Shown: positions 25,918 to 34,269, numbered from the stretch's first letter. The stretch: 64,000 nucleotides of DNA from Candidatus Levyibacteriota bacterium (GCA_016182235.1 JACOXT010000003.1:2209-66208); one strand, 5' to 3'. Notes: generated from the letters alone by a model not told the origin. Numbers and translations: made by a program.

Positions 25918-26272
25918 GTCATTCTGGGGAGTTCCGCTTAGCGGGACGACTCCAGAATCAGAGAAATATGAAGCAAATGTTTGTTTATATTATGGCAAAT
26001 CATAGGCCCACTCTATATACAGGCGTGACAAACAATCTGATCAAGAGAGTTTGGCAGCATAAGCAAGAATTGATTGAGGGTTTTACGAAAAAATACCATT
26101 TACATAAGCTTGTTTATTACGAAACTGTAGAAGGAGAATTACAAGCGATTGTTAGAGAAAAACAAATAAAGGATATGAATAGACAAAGCAAACTGAAAAT
26201 GATTTGGAAGTTCAATCCAGACACGCATGATTTATATGAATCAATTTCGGATTCTGGACAAGCCAGAATGAC
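25918..26272 (+). mobile_element. GIY-YIG gene cassette bounded by 10-bp terminal inverted repeats and terminal hairpins
   Basis: gtcattctgg at 25918-25927 and ccagaatgac at 26263-26272 are exact reverse complements. Each end folds on ATTCTGG/CCAGAAT stems (25921-25958 and 26251-26269). A 77-bp derivative lies at 42536-42612. Confidence 0.7.
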
Positions 26273-26276
26273 ATAG
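25968..26276 (+). CDS. GIY-YIG nuclease family protein
   Basis: FVYIMANHRPTLYTGVTNNLIKRVWQHK.....GFTKKY.LHKLVYYE.......AI.REKQIK is the GIY-YIG/UPF0213-type signature. The last 4 codons lie in the right TIR. Confidence 0.8.
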   Translation: MKQMFVYIMANHRPTLYTGVTNNLIKRVWQHKQELIEGFTKKYHLHKLVYYETVEGELQAIVREKQIKDMNRQSKLKMIWKFNPDTHDLYESISDSGQARMT

Positions 26277-26284
26277 GGAAAAAT

Positions 26285-27112
26285 ATGAAAAAGTTAGTCA
26301 GAATTTTAGTTTTGCTTCTTGTCATAGGTTTACTACTTAGGTTTTCAGGCGTGGAGCTTTTTAGGCCTTCGACAGTTCGCGCTGTTGGAAATTTGGTTGT
26401 TGATTTTCATGTTCCGGAAGGGGATCCTATTTTTACTGTTAACGACTTCAAGCCCTGCGACGTTGAAGAACGTACGGTTGATATTACGAATAATTACGAC
26501 GAGCCTAAGCAAATTAGCATTATTGGAGTAAATACAGAAGAAACAGGAGAAATAGCAAATGTTATCCAGTTTGCAATCTCAAACGGCAGCGCCGATATTT
26601 ACGGCGGGGCAACGGGCACAAAAACCCTAAAAGATTTTTTTGAAGACTCTGAGGATCCTTCGGGAGTTGTTTTGGCAATCCTAGATCAAAATCAGTCTCA
26701 AAATTTTTTCTTTACAGCTACTTTTGAGTGCGATAGCGGAAATGAATTTCAGGAGAAAAAAGTGGTCTTTGATCTTAGAATTGGTGTTTTAGTTGACTTT
26801 GGAGAATGTCCTGATGTTGAAGGGACTATAAAGGTATATTATCCTGAAGGTTGGCACGCGATTGTCGGGATGGACGAAAATCAGTATGGGGCAGACAAGG
26901 TATTTGATATAGGAGGAAATAATTTTGTTCAGTGTTATTTCCCGCCATCTGGCAACGAAGGAATCCAGACAAATTGGCTGGCAGCCGCGGATTTTATAGA
27001 GTCGCAAATTAGTGAGTTTATTGCCGATGGATGGACTTTTATCACCAATGGATTCGACTGGGGTTTGCCAATTCAAGAATATCTCGCCAAAAACTTCCTC
27101 TTTACGTTCTAA
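26285..27112 (+). CDS. Exported protein, probable third TasA/camelysin-fold paralogue with extra C-terminal domain
   Basis: It has a signal anchor, FTVNDFKPCDVEERTVDITNN, and GNEFQEKKVVFDLRIG, which resembles the camelysin/TasA C-terminal strand motif. The assignment is weaker than for the other two paralogues. Confidence 0.45.
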   Translation: MKKLVRILVLLLVIGLLLRFSGVELFRPSTVRAVGNLVVDFHVPEGDPIFTVNDFKPCDVEERTVDITNNYDEPKQISIIGVNTEETGEIANVIQFAISNGSADIYGGATGTKTLKDFFEDSEDPSGVVLAILDQNQSQNFFFTATFECDSGNEFQEKKVVFDLRIGVLVDFGECPDVEGTIKVYYPEGWHAIVGMDENQYGADKVFDIGGNNFVQCYFPPSGNEGIQTNWLAAADFIESQISEFIADGWTFITNGFDWGLPIQEYLAKNFLFTF

Positions 27113-27149
27113 TCCTACCAATTTTGCCGGATGTGGGACATGGCGTAGT

Positions 27150-28700
27150 CTAGATCTCCAAAAACTTTTTTTCGCGGATTAAATATGTTGTTTGGATCAA
27201 AAATCTTTTTTGTTTGTGCTCTCCGGTGATTGACCCTTTGTATTTTGAGATAATTGGATAGACCTGATTTGAGATTTCCGGTATTGCTTTTATCACTTTA
27301 GGATCGGCAATATCAACTAAAGGAATAATATGAAAATTACCGTTCCCTATATGTCCGGCAACAGTGTAAATAAATTCCGGATACTTCTTGAGAATGTTTG
27401 TTACTTGTAAAAGCACCTCATTAATGTATTCAGGTTTTATAACGAAATCATCTATAAATGGAACCGTATGCTTGTTTCTAATTTTTTTACGAAGAAGATT
27501 AAAGCTCTCGCGTCTTACAAGCCAGTATTTTTTTTCCTGGTTTCCTTCGGCAATTTGAATTAGAGGATGTAAGGGTTTAAGTTTCTCGCGAAGGATTGTC
27601 AATTTTTGATCTATTTCTTCCCTGTTGTTACTGGTAAAATCAACCTGCAAAACGAGTTTTGGAAGACTTCTCCCAAGGAACATGGAAAGAAAAGCAGGGA
27701 GAAAAGCAAGTCCTGCCTGAATCATGCCAACAGGTCCCAATTGTCTCATAAATTCTGGAAAATACTTAAGAGCAAGTTTTAATGTGTTGTCATCATATGA
27801 TTCGAAACTTTCCGGTTTAAGAGCTGAAACTTCATTTATAATTTGTCCAAGATGAGACATATCCTTAAGATATATGATTAACATTCCCCGATGTTTGTGT
27901 ATGGGAACAAGCTCCAAATCTCCTTCCAGAAGCATTCCAAGCGTTCCTTGAGCGCCAGTCCAAAGCTGAGATAAATCAAACGTATTCCTCTTTTTGTCTA
28001 TAACATTCCAGAGAAAGTAGCCCGCTGAATTTTTGGTGACATCTGGTTTTGCTTTCATGATTAGCTCGTAATTTTCTGTAATAAGATGATGTATTTTTTT
28101 ATAAATCTCCCCCTCAAAATCTTTTTGTATTAGTTTTTTTTCAAGTTCCTCTTTTGATAGGGGTTTTAACTCATAAGTATTTCCATCACTTAGAACCACT
28201 TTTACTCTTTTTACATATTTCTCTGTTTTGCCATATTGAAGAGACTTTTCTCCGCCTGAATTGTTGTTGATAATTCCGCCCATTGCGCAAATCTCACGGC
28301 TGGCAGGGTAGGAAGGAAAAATAAGATTGTGTTTTAGAGTTTCTATTTCAAAATCGCGATAATAAACTCCGGGCTCTGTGGTCGCGGTATTGTTATTTAT
28401 TTTTGGTGTGTGGTTAAAATATTTGGCAAATTCAACGATAATGGAATCATTTATTGACCCACCAGACATATCTGTTCCTGCCGATCTTGCGGTTAGAGAA
28501 AGGGTAGGATTGTTTTTTTTATTTTCGCTTACTAATTTTACAAGTACCTTAACATCTTCTTCACCTTTTGGAAAAACAACTACCTGTGGTTTTATTTCAA
28601 AAAGAGAAGCATCATGACTGTATTCTTTTAGAGTTTCCTCATCGGTTAGAACATCGCCCTTTACGGTTTCTTTTAGCTGTATGAGTAGGTTGCCGTCCAT
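27150..28700 (-). CDS. FAD-linked oxidase (GlcD/D-lactate dehydrogenase-like), C-terminus aberrant
   Basis: The PCMH-type FAD-binding N-terminal domain is present (VVFPKGEEDV..LV, ARSAGTDMSGG, GGIINNNSGG) along with GSITGEH. The conserved terminal FDPNNIFNPRK motif is only found in another frame. Confidence 0.7.
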   Translation of the reverse strand: MDGNLLIQLKETVKGDVLTDEETLKEYSHDASLFEIKPQVVVFPKGEEDVKVLVKLVSENKKNNPTLSLTARSAGTDMSGGSINDSIIVEFAKYFNHTPKINNNTATTEPGVYYRDFEIETLKHNLIFPSYPASREICAMGGIINNNSGGEKSLQYGKTEKYVKRVKVVLSDGNTYELKPLSKEELEKKLIQKDFEGEIYKKIHHLITENYELIMKAKPDVTKNSAGYFLWNVIDKKRNTFDLSQLWTGAQGTLGMLLEGDLELVPIHKHRGMLIIYLKDMSHLGQIINEVSALKPESFESYDDNTLKLALKYFPEFMRQLGPVGMIQAGLAFLPAFLSMFLGRSLPKLVLQVDFTSNNREEIDQKLTILREKLKPLHPLIQIAEGNQEKKYWLVRRESFNLLRKKIRNKHTVPFIDDFVIKPEYINEVLLQVTNILKKYPEFIYTVAGHIGNGNFHIIPLVDIADPKVIKAIPEISNQVYPIISKYKGSITGEHKQKRFLIQTTYLIREKKFLEI

Positions 28701-28794
28701 AATTTGAAATTTTCAATTTTTAATGAATTTTTAATATTTAAAATTTAAATTTTCATTTCAAATTTCGAATTTTAAATTGAAAATTATAGTTTAC
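28701..28794. repeat. AT-rich heptamer-periodic array filling the whole intergenic space
   Basis: aatttga aattttc aattttt aatgaat ttttaat atttaaa atttaaa ttttcat ttcaaat ttcgaat tttaaat tgaaaat. It is related to the arrays at 46500-46548 and 53007-53086. Confidence 0.7.
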
Positions 28795-29790
28795 CTATTG
28801 ATTCTTTCTGGCAATTACTTTTCTTACCGTATCTTTTATTGCTTTTGTTCCCATTCCGTATTTTTCTAATAATTCTTTGGGTTTTCCTGATTCCGCGAAT
28901 GTATCTTGAAGGCCAATAAATTCAATTGGCGTTGGCTTTGTTTTCGCCAGGCATTCCGCGATTGCCCCGCCCAAGCCTCCCATTACCTGGTGGTCTTCAA
29001 CAGTGACGAATGCACGTGAGTCTTGGGCAAGACTCAAGATTGTTCCCTCGTCCAGAGGTTTAATGCTCGCGACATTGGCGACTGCTGTTTTTACTCCTTC
29101 CTGTTCTAATTCTTTTGCGGCAACTAGTGCGTAGTAAGTCATGTATCCTGTTGATAGGATCGTTACGACTGGATTCTCGCTAGTCCAAAAGATCTGGATT
29201 TTTCCTATTTCAAATGGAGTTTCAATAGTTGTCATAACAGGTGTTTTGTCTCGGGTGAGACGGATATAGACCGGACCGTCAATATTCGAGATCTTTTCGG
29301 TTGCTTTTTGTGCTTCCAGTGAATCGCAGGGGACTATAACTTTGATCCACGGCCAGGAGCGGGTCATAGCAATATCTTCTGTTGCCTGGTGCGTTGCGCC
29401 ATCAGGCCCTGTCATAATGCCCGCGTGGTGACCGGCAATTTTAACATTTGATTGGTTATAAATAATAGTTGTTCGGATGGTCTCCCAGTTTTTGCCTGGA
29501 GAAAAAGTGGCGTATGAGGACATAAAAGGTATTTTTCCGCTGACTCCAAGTCCCGCGGCAATCGCGGCCATATTTTGCTCGGCTACTCCGCATTCGAAAA
29601 ATCTGTCAGGAAACTTTTCCTGGAATTTGTTTGCCTTTGTTGACTCTGAGAGATCCGCGGTAAGCGCCACAACATTTGGGTTTTTTATGCCTGCCTCCAA
29701 AAGCCCGTCTCCGTAACCTTCACGCGTGGCTTTTTGCTCAACATCGTCATCGAATAATTTTGGATTAAGTTTTAAGTCAGGATTAAGCAT
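28795..29790 (-). CDS. Transketolase, C-terminal (pyrimidine-binding) subunit
   Basis: FFECGVAEQNMAAIAAGL and GPDGATHQATEDIA are present. At 331 aa it is the split-transketolase type. Confidence 0.85.
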   Translation of the reverse strand: MLNPDLKLNPKLFDDDVEQKATREGYGDGLLEAGIKNPNVVALTADLSESTKANKFQEKFPDRFFECGVAEQNMAAIAAGLGVSGKIPFMSSYATFSPGKNWETIRTTIIYNQSNVKIAGHHAGIMTGPDGATHQATEDIAMTRSWPWIKVIVPCDSLEAQKATEKISNIDGPVYIRLTRDKTPVMTTIETPFEIGKIQIFWTSENPVVTILSTGYMTYYALVAAKELEQEGVKTAVANVASIKPLDEGTILSLAQDSRAFVTVEDHQVMGGLGGAIAECLAKTKPTPIEFIGLQDTFAESGKPKELLEKYGMGTKAIKDTVRKVIARKNQ

Positions 29791-29791
29791 A

Positions 29792-30658
29792 TTATTGGTG
29801 TTCGCTTTCTATTTTCCCCTGCAAAGTTCTTAATTCTTCAAGTGCTTTTTTTGCCTGTTCGGGGTTTGGAGGAATTCCATGCCATTCAAACCTATTCTCC
29901 ATAAAATCTACGCCTAACCCGGGAATAGTATGGGCAATAATAACTGTTGGTTTTTCAAATACGGCTCTTGCTATTTTGACCGCGTCAACAAATGCACGAA
30001 TATTATTTCCGTCAACTTCCAAAACTTCCCAATTAAAAGCCTCATATTTTGCTCTTAATGGTTCAAGCGGCATGACGTTTTCCGTGAATCCGTCAATTTG
30101 AATATTATTTCTGTCAATTATCACGGTTAAATTATTGATTTTATACTTACCGGCAAACATCGCGGCTTCCCAAGTATTGCCTTCTTGCTGTTCACCATCG
30201 GATGCTACGCAATAGATGTGATGTCTTTTGCTGTTTAATTTTGCAGCCAATGCCATGCCAATTGCCTGAGAAATTCCTTCCCCCAAAGGACCAGATGTTG
30301 TTTCAACTCCAGGAAGAGCAGTTCTATGAGGATGTCCTTGGAGACGGGAGTTTATCTTGCGAAGTGTTTTTAATTCTTCAATTGGGAAATATCCGGACAA
30401 AGCCATCGTGGCATATCTTACCGGGCAGATATGGCCATTTGACAAAACCAGTCTATCTCTGTCTTCCCAATTTGGATTTTTCGGTTCATGCTTTAGGATA
30501 TGAAAATAAAAAGCCGTAAAAATATCAGCCATTCCCAGAGGTCCTGCGGAGTGTCCTGATCCTGCCTCAACCAGCATTTCTATAATAAGCTTCCTAATTT
30601 TGACTGCTTTTATCTCAAGATCTTTTAATTTTTCGTCATGCAGTTCCGCTATCATCAA
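29792..30658 (-). CDS. Transketolase, N-terminal (TPP-binding) subunit
   Basis: GSGHSAGPLGMADI, SNGH and ASDGEQQEGNTWEAA are present. 288 aa. It lies 1 nt from the C-terminal subunit gene. Confidence 0.85.
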   Translation of the reverse strand: MMIAELHDEKLKDLEIKAVKIRKLIIEMLVEAGSGHSAGPLGMADIFTAFYFHILKHEPKNPNWEDRDRLVLSNGHICPVRYATMALSGYFPIEELKTLRKINSRLQGHPHRTALPGVETTSGPLGEGISQAIGMALAAKLNSKRHHIYCVASDGEQQEGNTWEAAMFAGKYKINNLTVIIDRNNIQIDGFTENVMPLEPLRAKYEAFNWEVLEVDGNNIRAFVDAVKIARAVFEKPTVIIAHTIPGLGVDFMENRFEWHGIPPNPEQAKKALEELRTLQGKIESEHQ

Positions 30659-30694
30659 TTCATCTTAACACTTACTTCAGTTGATTTTCAATGC

Positions 30695-31972
30695 TTATTT
30701 TCTTAGGACAATCATTAGGTCCGAGACATTGGAGGGTAGGCGGCCCGTATTTATTCCATCGCCGACTTTTTCAAAGAATGGAAATGTATTATTGTTTTGC
30801 AGGAACTCTTCAAGATTTAAATTGAGTCTTTTTGCTTTTTCAAGAGTTTTATAATCTCCAACTGCTCCTGCAAAGGCAGAATTATCCCAACCATCAGAAT
30901 CAAAAGAGGAAATGACGACATCATTTGAAACAGTTCTTAGCGCATTTAGCACAAGCTCTTGATTTCTGCCTCCTTGTCCTTGTCCTTTTACTTTTAGAGT
31001 AGTTTCTCCAGCTGCCAAAAGTATGGTATGAGGAGGTGTTTTTTCAATAAGCATTTTTCCAATTGTTTGTGCGTCTGCCTGTAATTTGTCTGATTCAATA
31101 AGTATTTTATATCCGAAGTTTTTGGCTTTTTTTTCCATTGTCTCTAATGCAGTTTTATTGCTAGATATGAGAATATTAGAGATATTTCTAAAATACATAT
31201 CTTCTTTTGGTGTTTCCAAAAGTTCATCAATAGAAAGACTAAGTGTTTCCCAGAGATTATATTTTTTTAAGATGTCAAAAGCATCCTCTTTTGTAGTTAC
31301 ATCTTTCACTGTTGGTCCAGAGGCAATAGTTGAAAGATCATTTCCTGGGACGTCTGATGCAATTAAAGTCACTAGGCGAGCAGGATAAAGAATTTTCGCC
31401 AGTCCTCCGCCTTTGACTAGATCAAGATGTTTCCTCACAACATTCATTTCAGAAATAGTTGCTCCGGATCTCAAAAGCATTTTGTTTGTCTCGATTAATT
31501 TTTCTAAAGAGATATTATAGGGATTAACAAGTAATGCCGATCCGCCTCCGGCAATTACAACTATAACAAGGTCAGTAATTGTTAGATTGTTAAATTGTTG
31601 TATTGTTTTTCGAGTGAATAATAGGTTTTTTTCTGATGGCAATGGATGAGTGCCAATCGTATACTCTATTTTTTTAAAATGTTCGGGAACAAGGTCAATT
31701 ACAAAGCCCTTGATCAGATGATTTATTAATAACTGTTCAATATAATAGGAGAGTTTTGCTGAGCCTTTACCAAAACCAAGAAGAAATATTCTATGAAATT
31801 CATTGAGGTCAATCGTTAGATTTTGTATTGTAAGTCTATTATTAGAGATGGAAACATTTTTTTTAATGACTTTATCTGGCTGAATGGAAGATAAAGCAGT
31901 TTCTACTAGCTCTAAACACATCTTTCTTTCTGGAGTTTTGTTTAAAGCATCGAAATTTTTAACAAGTCTCAT
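30695..31972 (-). CDS. Glycerate 2-kinase (DUF4147/MOFRL family)
   Basis: AAGETTLKVKGQGQGGRNQELVL and GTDGWDN-like SFDSDGWDNSAFAGA are present. 425 aa. Confidence 0.7.
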   Translation of the reverse strand: MRLVKNFDALNKTPERKMCLELVETALSSIQPDKVIKKNVSISNNRLTIQNLTIDLNEFHRIFLLGFGKGSAKLSYYIEQLLINHLIKGFVIDLVPEHFKKIEYTIGTHPLPSEKNLLFTRKTIQQFNNLTITDLVIVVIAGGGSALLVNPYNISLEKLIETNKMLLRSGATISEMNVVRKHLDLVKGGGLAKILYPARLVTLIASDVPGNDLSTIASGPTVKDVTTKEDAFDILKKYNLWETLSLSIDELLETPKEDMYFRNISNILISSNKTALETMEKKAKNFGYKILIESDKLQADAQTIGKMLIEKTPPHTILLAAGETTLKVKGQGQGGRNQELVLNALRTVSNDVVISSFDSDGWDNSAFAGAVGDYKTLEKAKRLNLNLEEFLQNNNTFPFFEKVGDGINTGRLPSNVSDLMIVLRK

Positions 31973-32415
31973 TAACTTTCAATTTTTTTGATTTTCTCGA
32001 TTCTTCTAACATGACGTTCTTCGTTTGAAAAAGGGGTTTCCAAGAAAGTTTTAACTAGCTCTTTGGCTGGGTTTTCTTCTACAAATGCACTGCCTAAAGA
32101 CAAAACATTTGCATCATTATGAAGTCTGGAAAGCTCAACATTCTCTTTATTAAAACCAAGTATTGCTCTTATGCCTTTTATTTTGTTTGCTACAATACAT
32201 TCTCCGGCTCCAGATTTGCCAAATACAATTCCTTTTGAATCTGGATTACTAGAAACACCAATTGCAGCTTTTGAAATAAAATCCGGATAATCATCATTTT
32301 TATCGAACTCGAATGCACCACAATCTTCAACTTCGTATCCTTGTTCTTTAAGAAAAGCTTTAATTTGTTCTTTTAATTCAAACCCCGCATGGTCTGTTCC
32401 TAAATAGACTTTCAT
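31972..32415 (-). CDS. rpiB: Ribose-5-phosphate isomerase B
   Basis: MKVYLGTDHAGFELK and GAGECIVANKIKGIRA are present. 147 aa. Confidence 0.85.
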   Translation of the reverse strand: MKVYLGTDHAGFELKEQIKAFLKEQGYEVEDCGAFEFDKNDDYPDFISKAAIGVSSNPDSKGIVFGKSGAGECIVANKIKGIRAILGFNKENVELSRLHNDANVLSLGSAFVEENPAKELVKTFLETPFSNEERHVRRIEKIKKIES

Positions 32416-32420
32416 AAATA

Positions 32421-32452
32421 CTGTTGTTACATTGTTAAATTGCTATATTGTT
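32421..32452. repeat. Octamer-periodic repeat (ctgttgtt acattgtt aaattgct atattgtt)
   Basis: Four 8-nt units with constant TTGYT. They lie between the DUF2090 stop and the rpiB start, 5 nt from the ATG. Homologous arrays are at 31576-31607 and 53797-53836. Confidence 0.65.
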
Positions 32453-33293
32453 ACGACCTGCCTAGTTGAAAAATATCGTAAAAATGTTTGAAATTATTTG
32501 CAATTTGGCTGATTGTTTCTTCTCTTGATATCTTACCACTTTTAAATTCAATAAGAGGTTTCGAGAATACAGTTCTTCCTATAGCAAAACCTATGACTCC
32601 CTTAATCAACCTTCCAGCATTTATCCATTGTTCTACTTTTTCCTTATTTTCTCCACGTCCTAAAATTACAAGTTCGACATTTATTCTTTCGTCCTCCTGA
32701 ATTTTTTCAATGACTGCCTCATACTCGTTTTTGTTTTCCATTCCTTCCAATTTCCAAACATCAGGCTCAATTCTTTTTTGCCTAAGTTCATTTATTATGC
32801 TTATTAAACTTTCACTTTTGACAATATCTAACCCGCTTAACACTTCTAATAAGAATTTATAATTATTTTTATGGCAATAATCTGAAAGAATTTTTAATTT
32901 GGTCCAATCCGCATTTTGCTTGTATCTAATAAGTGCTTTTGCAAAAGTAGGTTTATATTTTTCAATATGCTCACCAAATTGATCTTCATACTCAAAATCA
33001 AATGTAGGATTGCCGCTTTTTTCTGTAGTTAGTATTGTAGTAAATCCCTGATCTTTAGCATCTTTAAGGATTGCGTCTCCATACTCTTCATCTACCAAAA
33101 TTGCAGATTCGTCTTTTGAGATTCCTTGTAAAATAGATTTTTTAAAAGCTTCATAAATAATTTGCTTACAAGACTTTATATAATCTTTTTCTTCATCAGA
33201 TAAGTTTACAAATCCAAACATTTTTGCAAAAGATGCACGGTGGTCAAAAGGAAGGATAAAAAGTTTTTTGTTGTAACCAAGATTATTGTTCAT
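32451..33293 (-). CDS. DUF2090-type aldolase-like protein (as in the C-terminal domain of long IolC proteins)
   Basis: KKLFILPFDHRASFAKMFG resembles the DUF2090 N-terminal motif. I prefer ATG 33293 over the TTG at 33317. Confidence 0.5.
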   Translation of the reverse strand: MNNNLGYNKKLFILPFDHRASFAKMFGFVNLSDEEKDYIKSCKQIIYEAFKKSILQGISKDESAILVDEEYGDAILKDAKDQGFTTILTTEKSGNPTFDFEYEDQFGEHIEKYKPTFAKALIRYKQNADWTKLKILSDYCHKNNYKFLLEVLSGLDIVKSESLISIINELRQKRIEPDVWKLEGMENKNEYEAVIEKIQEDERINVELVILGRGENKEKVEQWINAGRLIKGVIGFAIGRTVFSKPLIEFKSGKISREETISQIANNFKHFYDIFQLGRS

Positions 33294-34221
33294 AAAGAAG
33301 ACCTGTTTGAGCACCAACTTTACTAATCACCGACGTTGCGTTTCTTGCTCCATATAACATTGCTTCTTTTACTGATTTATTATGTAGAATTGCAGAGAGA
33401 AAACCTGAAGAATAGGCATCACCTGCTCCAGTTTTTTCTACAATTTTTGCTTCAATTATTCCCTGTTGAAAGAAATTCCCATTTTCTTCCAGTGCATATG
33501 ATCCATTTTTCCCATCAGTAATAACCACAATTTTCGGTCCAAGCTTTTGCAAAGCTCTTAAAGCTTCTTTTATACTTGATACTCTATACTTATTACTTAA
33601 TACTTTTTCCGCTTCTTCTTTATTTAGAAAAAGAATATCCGCAATAGACATTTGTTTTTGAATATCTTTAAAATCTCCGTTAATTTGCAAAGTTCCGGGA
33701 TTAAAAGCAAGCTGGCAATTTGTTTTCTCCACAAATTCGTAAGTTTTGTCATATGTATTCTTCCATTCTTCACCAAGAGATGTTAAATAAATCCATTTTG
33801 TTTGGATACTATTGAAATTGAAATCATGATCTCTTTTTACGTGTTCTGAAAAAATAGTTCTTTCACCTTGAAAATTTATAATTGTGGAAAATGATGAATT
33901 CTGACCTTTTGTTTGTTTAAGAAATGAAGTTGAAACATTTTCTTTTTTGAGGGTATTTATTATTTTCTGTGCAAATTCATCATTTCCTAGTTCTGCCATA
34001 AGTCCTACTTTTAAACTCATTCTAGAAAGTCCAACGCTTACATTTGCAGCATTTCCTCCAACTAAAAGATCAACTTTGTCAACCGTAATTTTTTCACCAA
34101 ATTTTATGCAAAGCTCGTTTGTTTCTGGAAGAAATCTGAGGTATTTTTTTGCTTCTTTAAGGGTCAAAAATGCATCGACTGTAGCATTTCCAACACATAC
34201 CATGTCGAAATTTTGAGGCAT
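33283..34221 (-). CDS. PfkB-family carbohydrate kinase
   Basis: VGGNAANV and TGAGDAYSSGFLSA (ATP/anion-hole motif) are present. 312 aa. Confidence 0.75.
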   Translation of the reverse strand: MPQNFDMVCVGNATVDAFLTLKEAKKYLRFLPETNELCIKFGEKITVDKVDLLVGGNAANVSVGLSRMSLKVGLMAELGNDEFAQKIINTLKKENVSTSFLKQTKGQNSSFSTIINFQGERTIFSEHVKRDHDFNFNSIQTKWIYLTSLGEEWKNTYDKTYEFVEKTNCQLAFNPGTLQINGDFKDIQKQMSIADILFLNKEEAEKVLSNKYRVSSIKEALRALQKLGPKIVVITDGKNGSYALEENGNFFQQGIIEAKIVEKTGAGDAYSSGFLSAILHNKSVKEAMLYGARNATSVISKVGAQTGLLYEQ

Positions 34222-34269
34222 GTTTGTATACTATCGAAAAGTCTTTATTTTTGCAAGAAAATATCTTTG

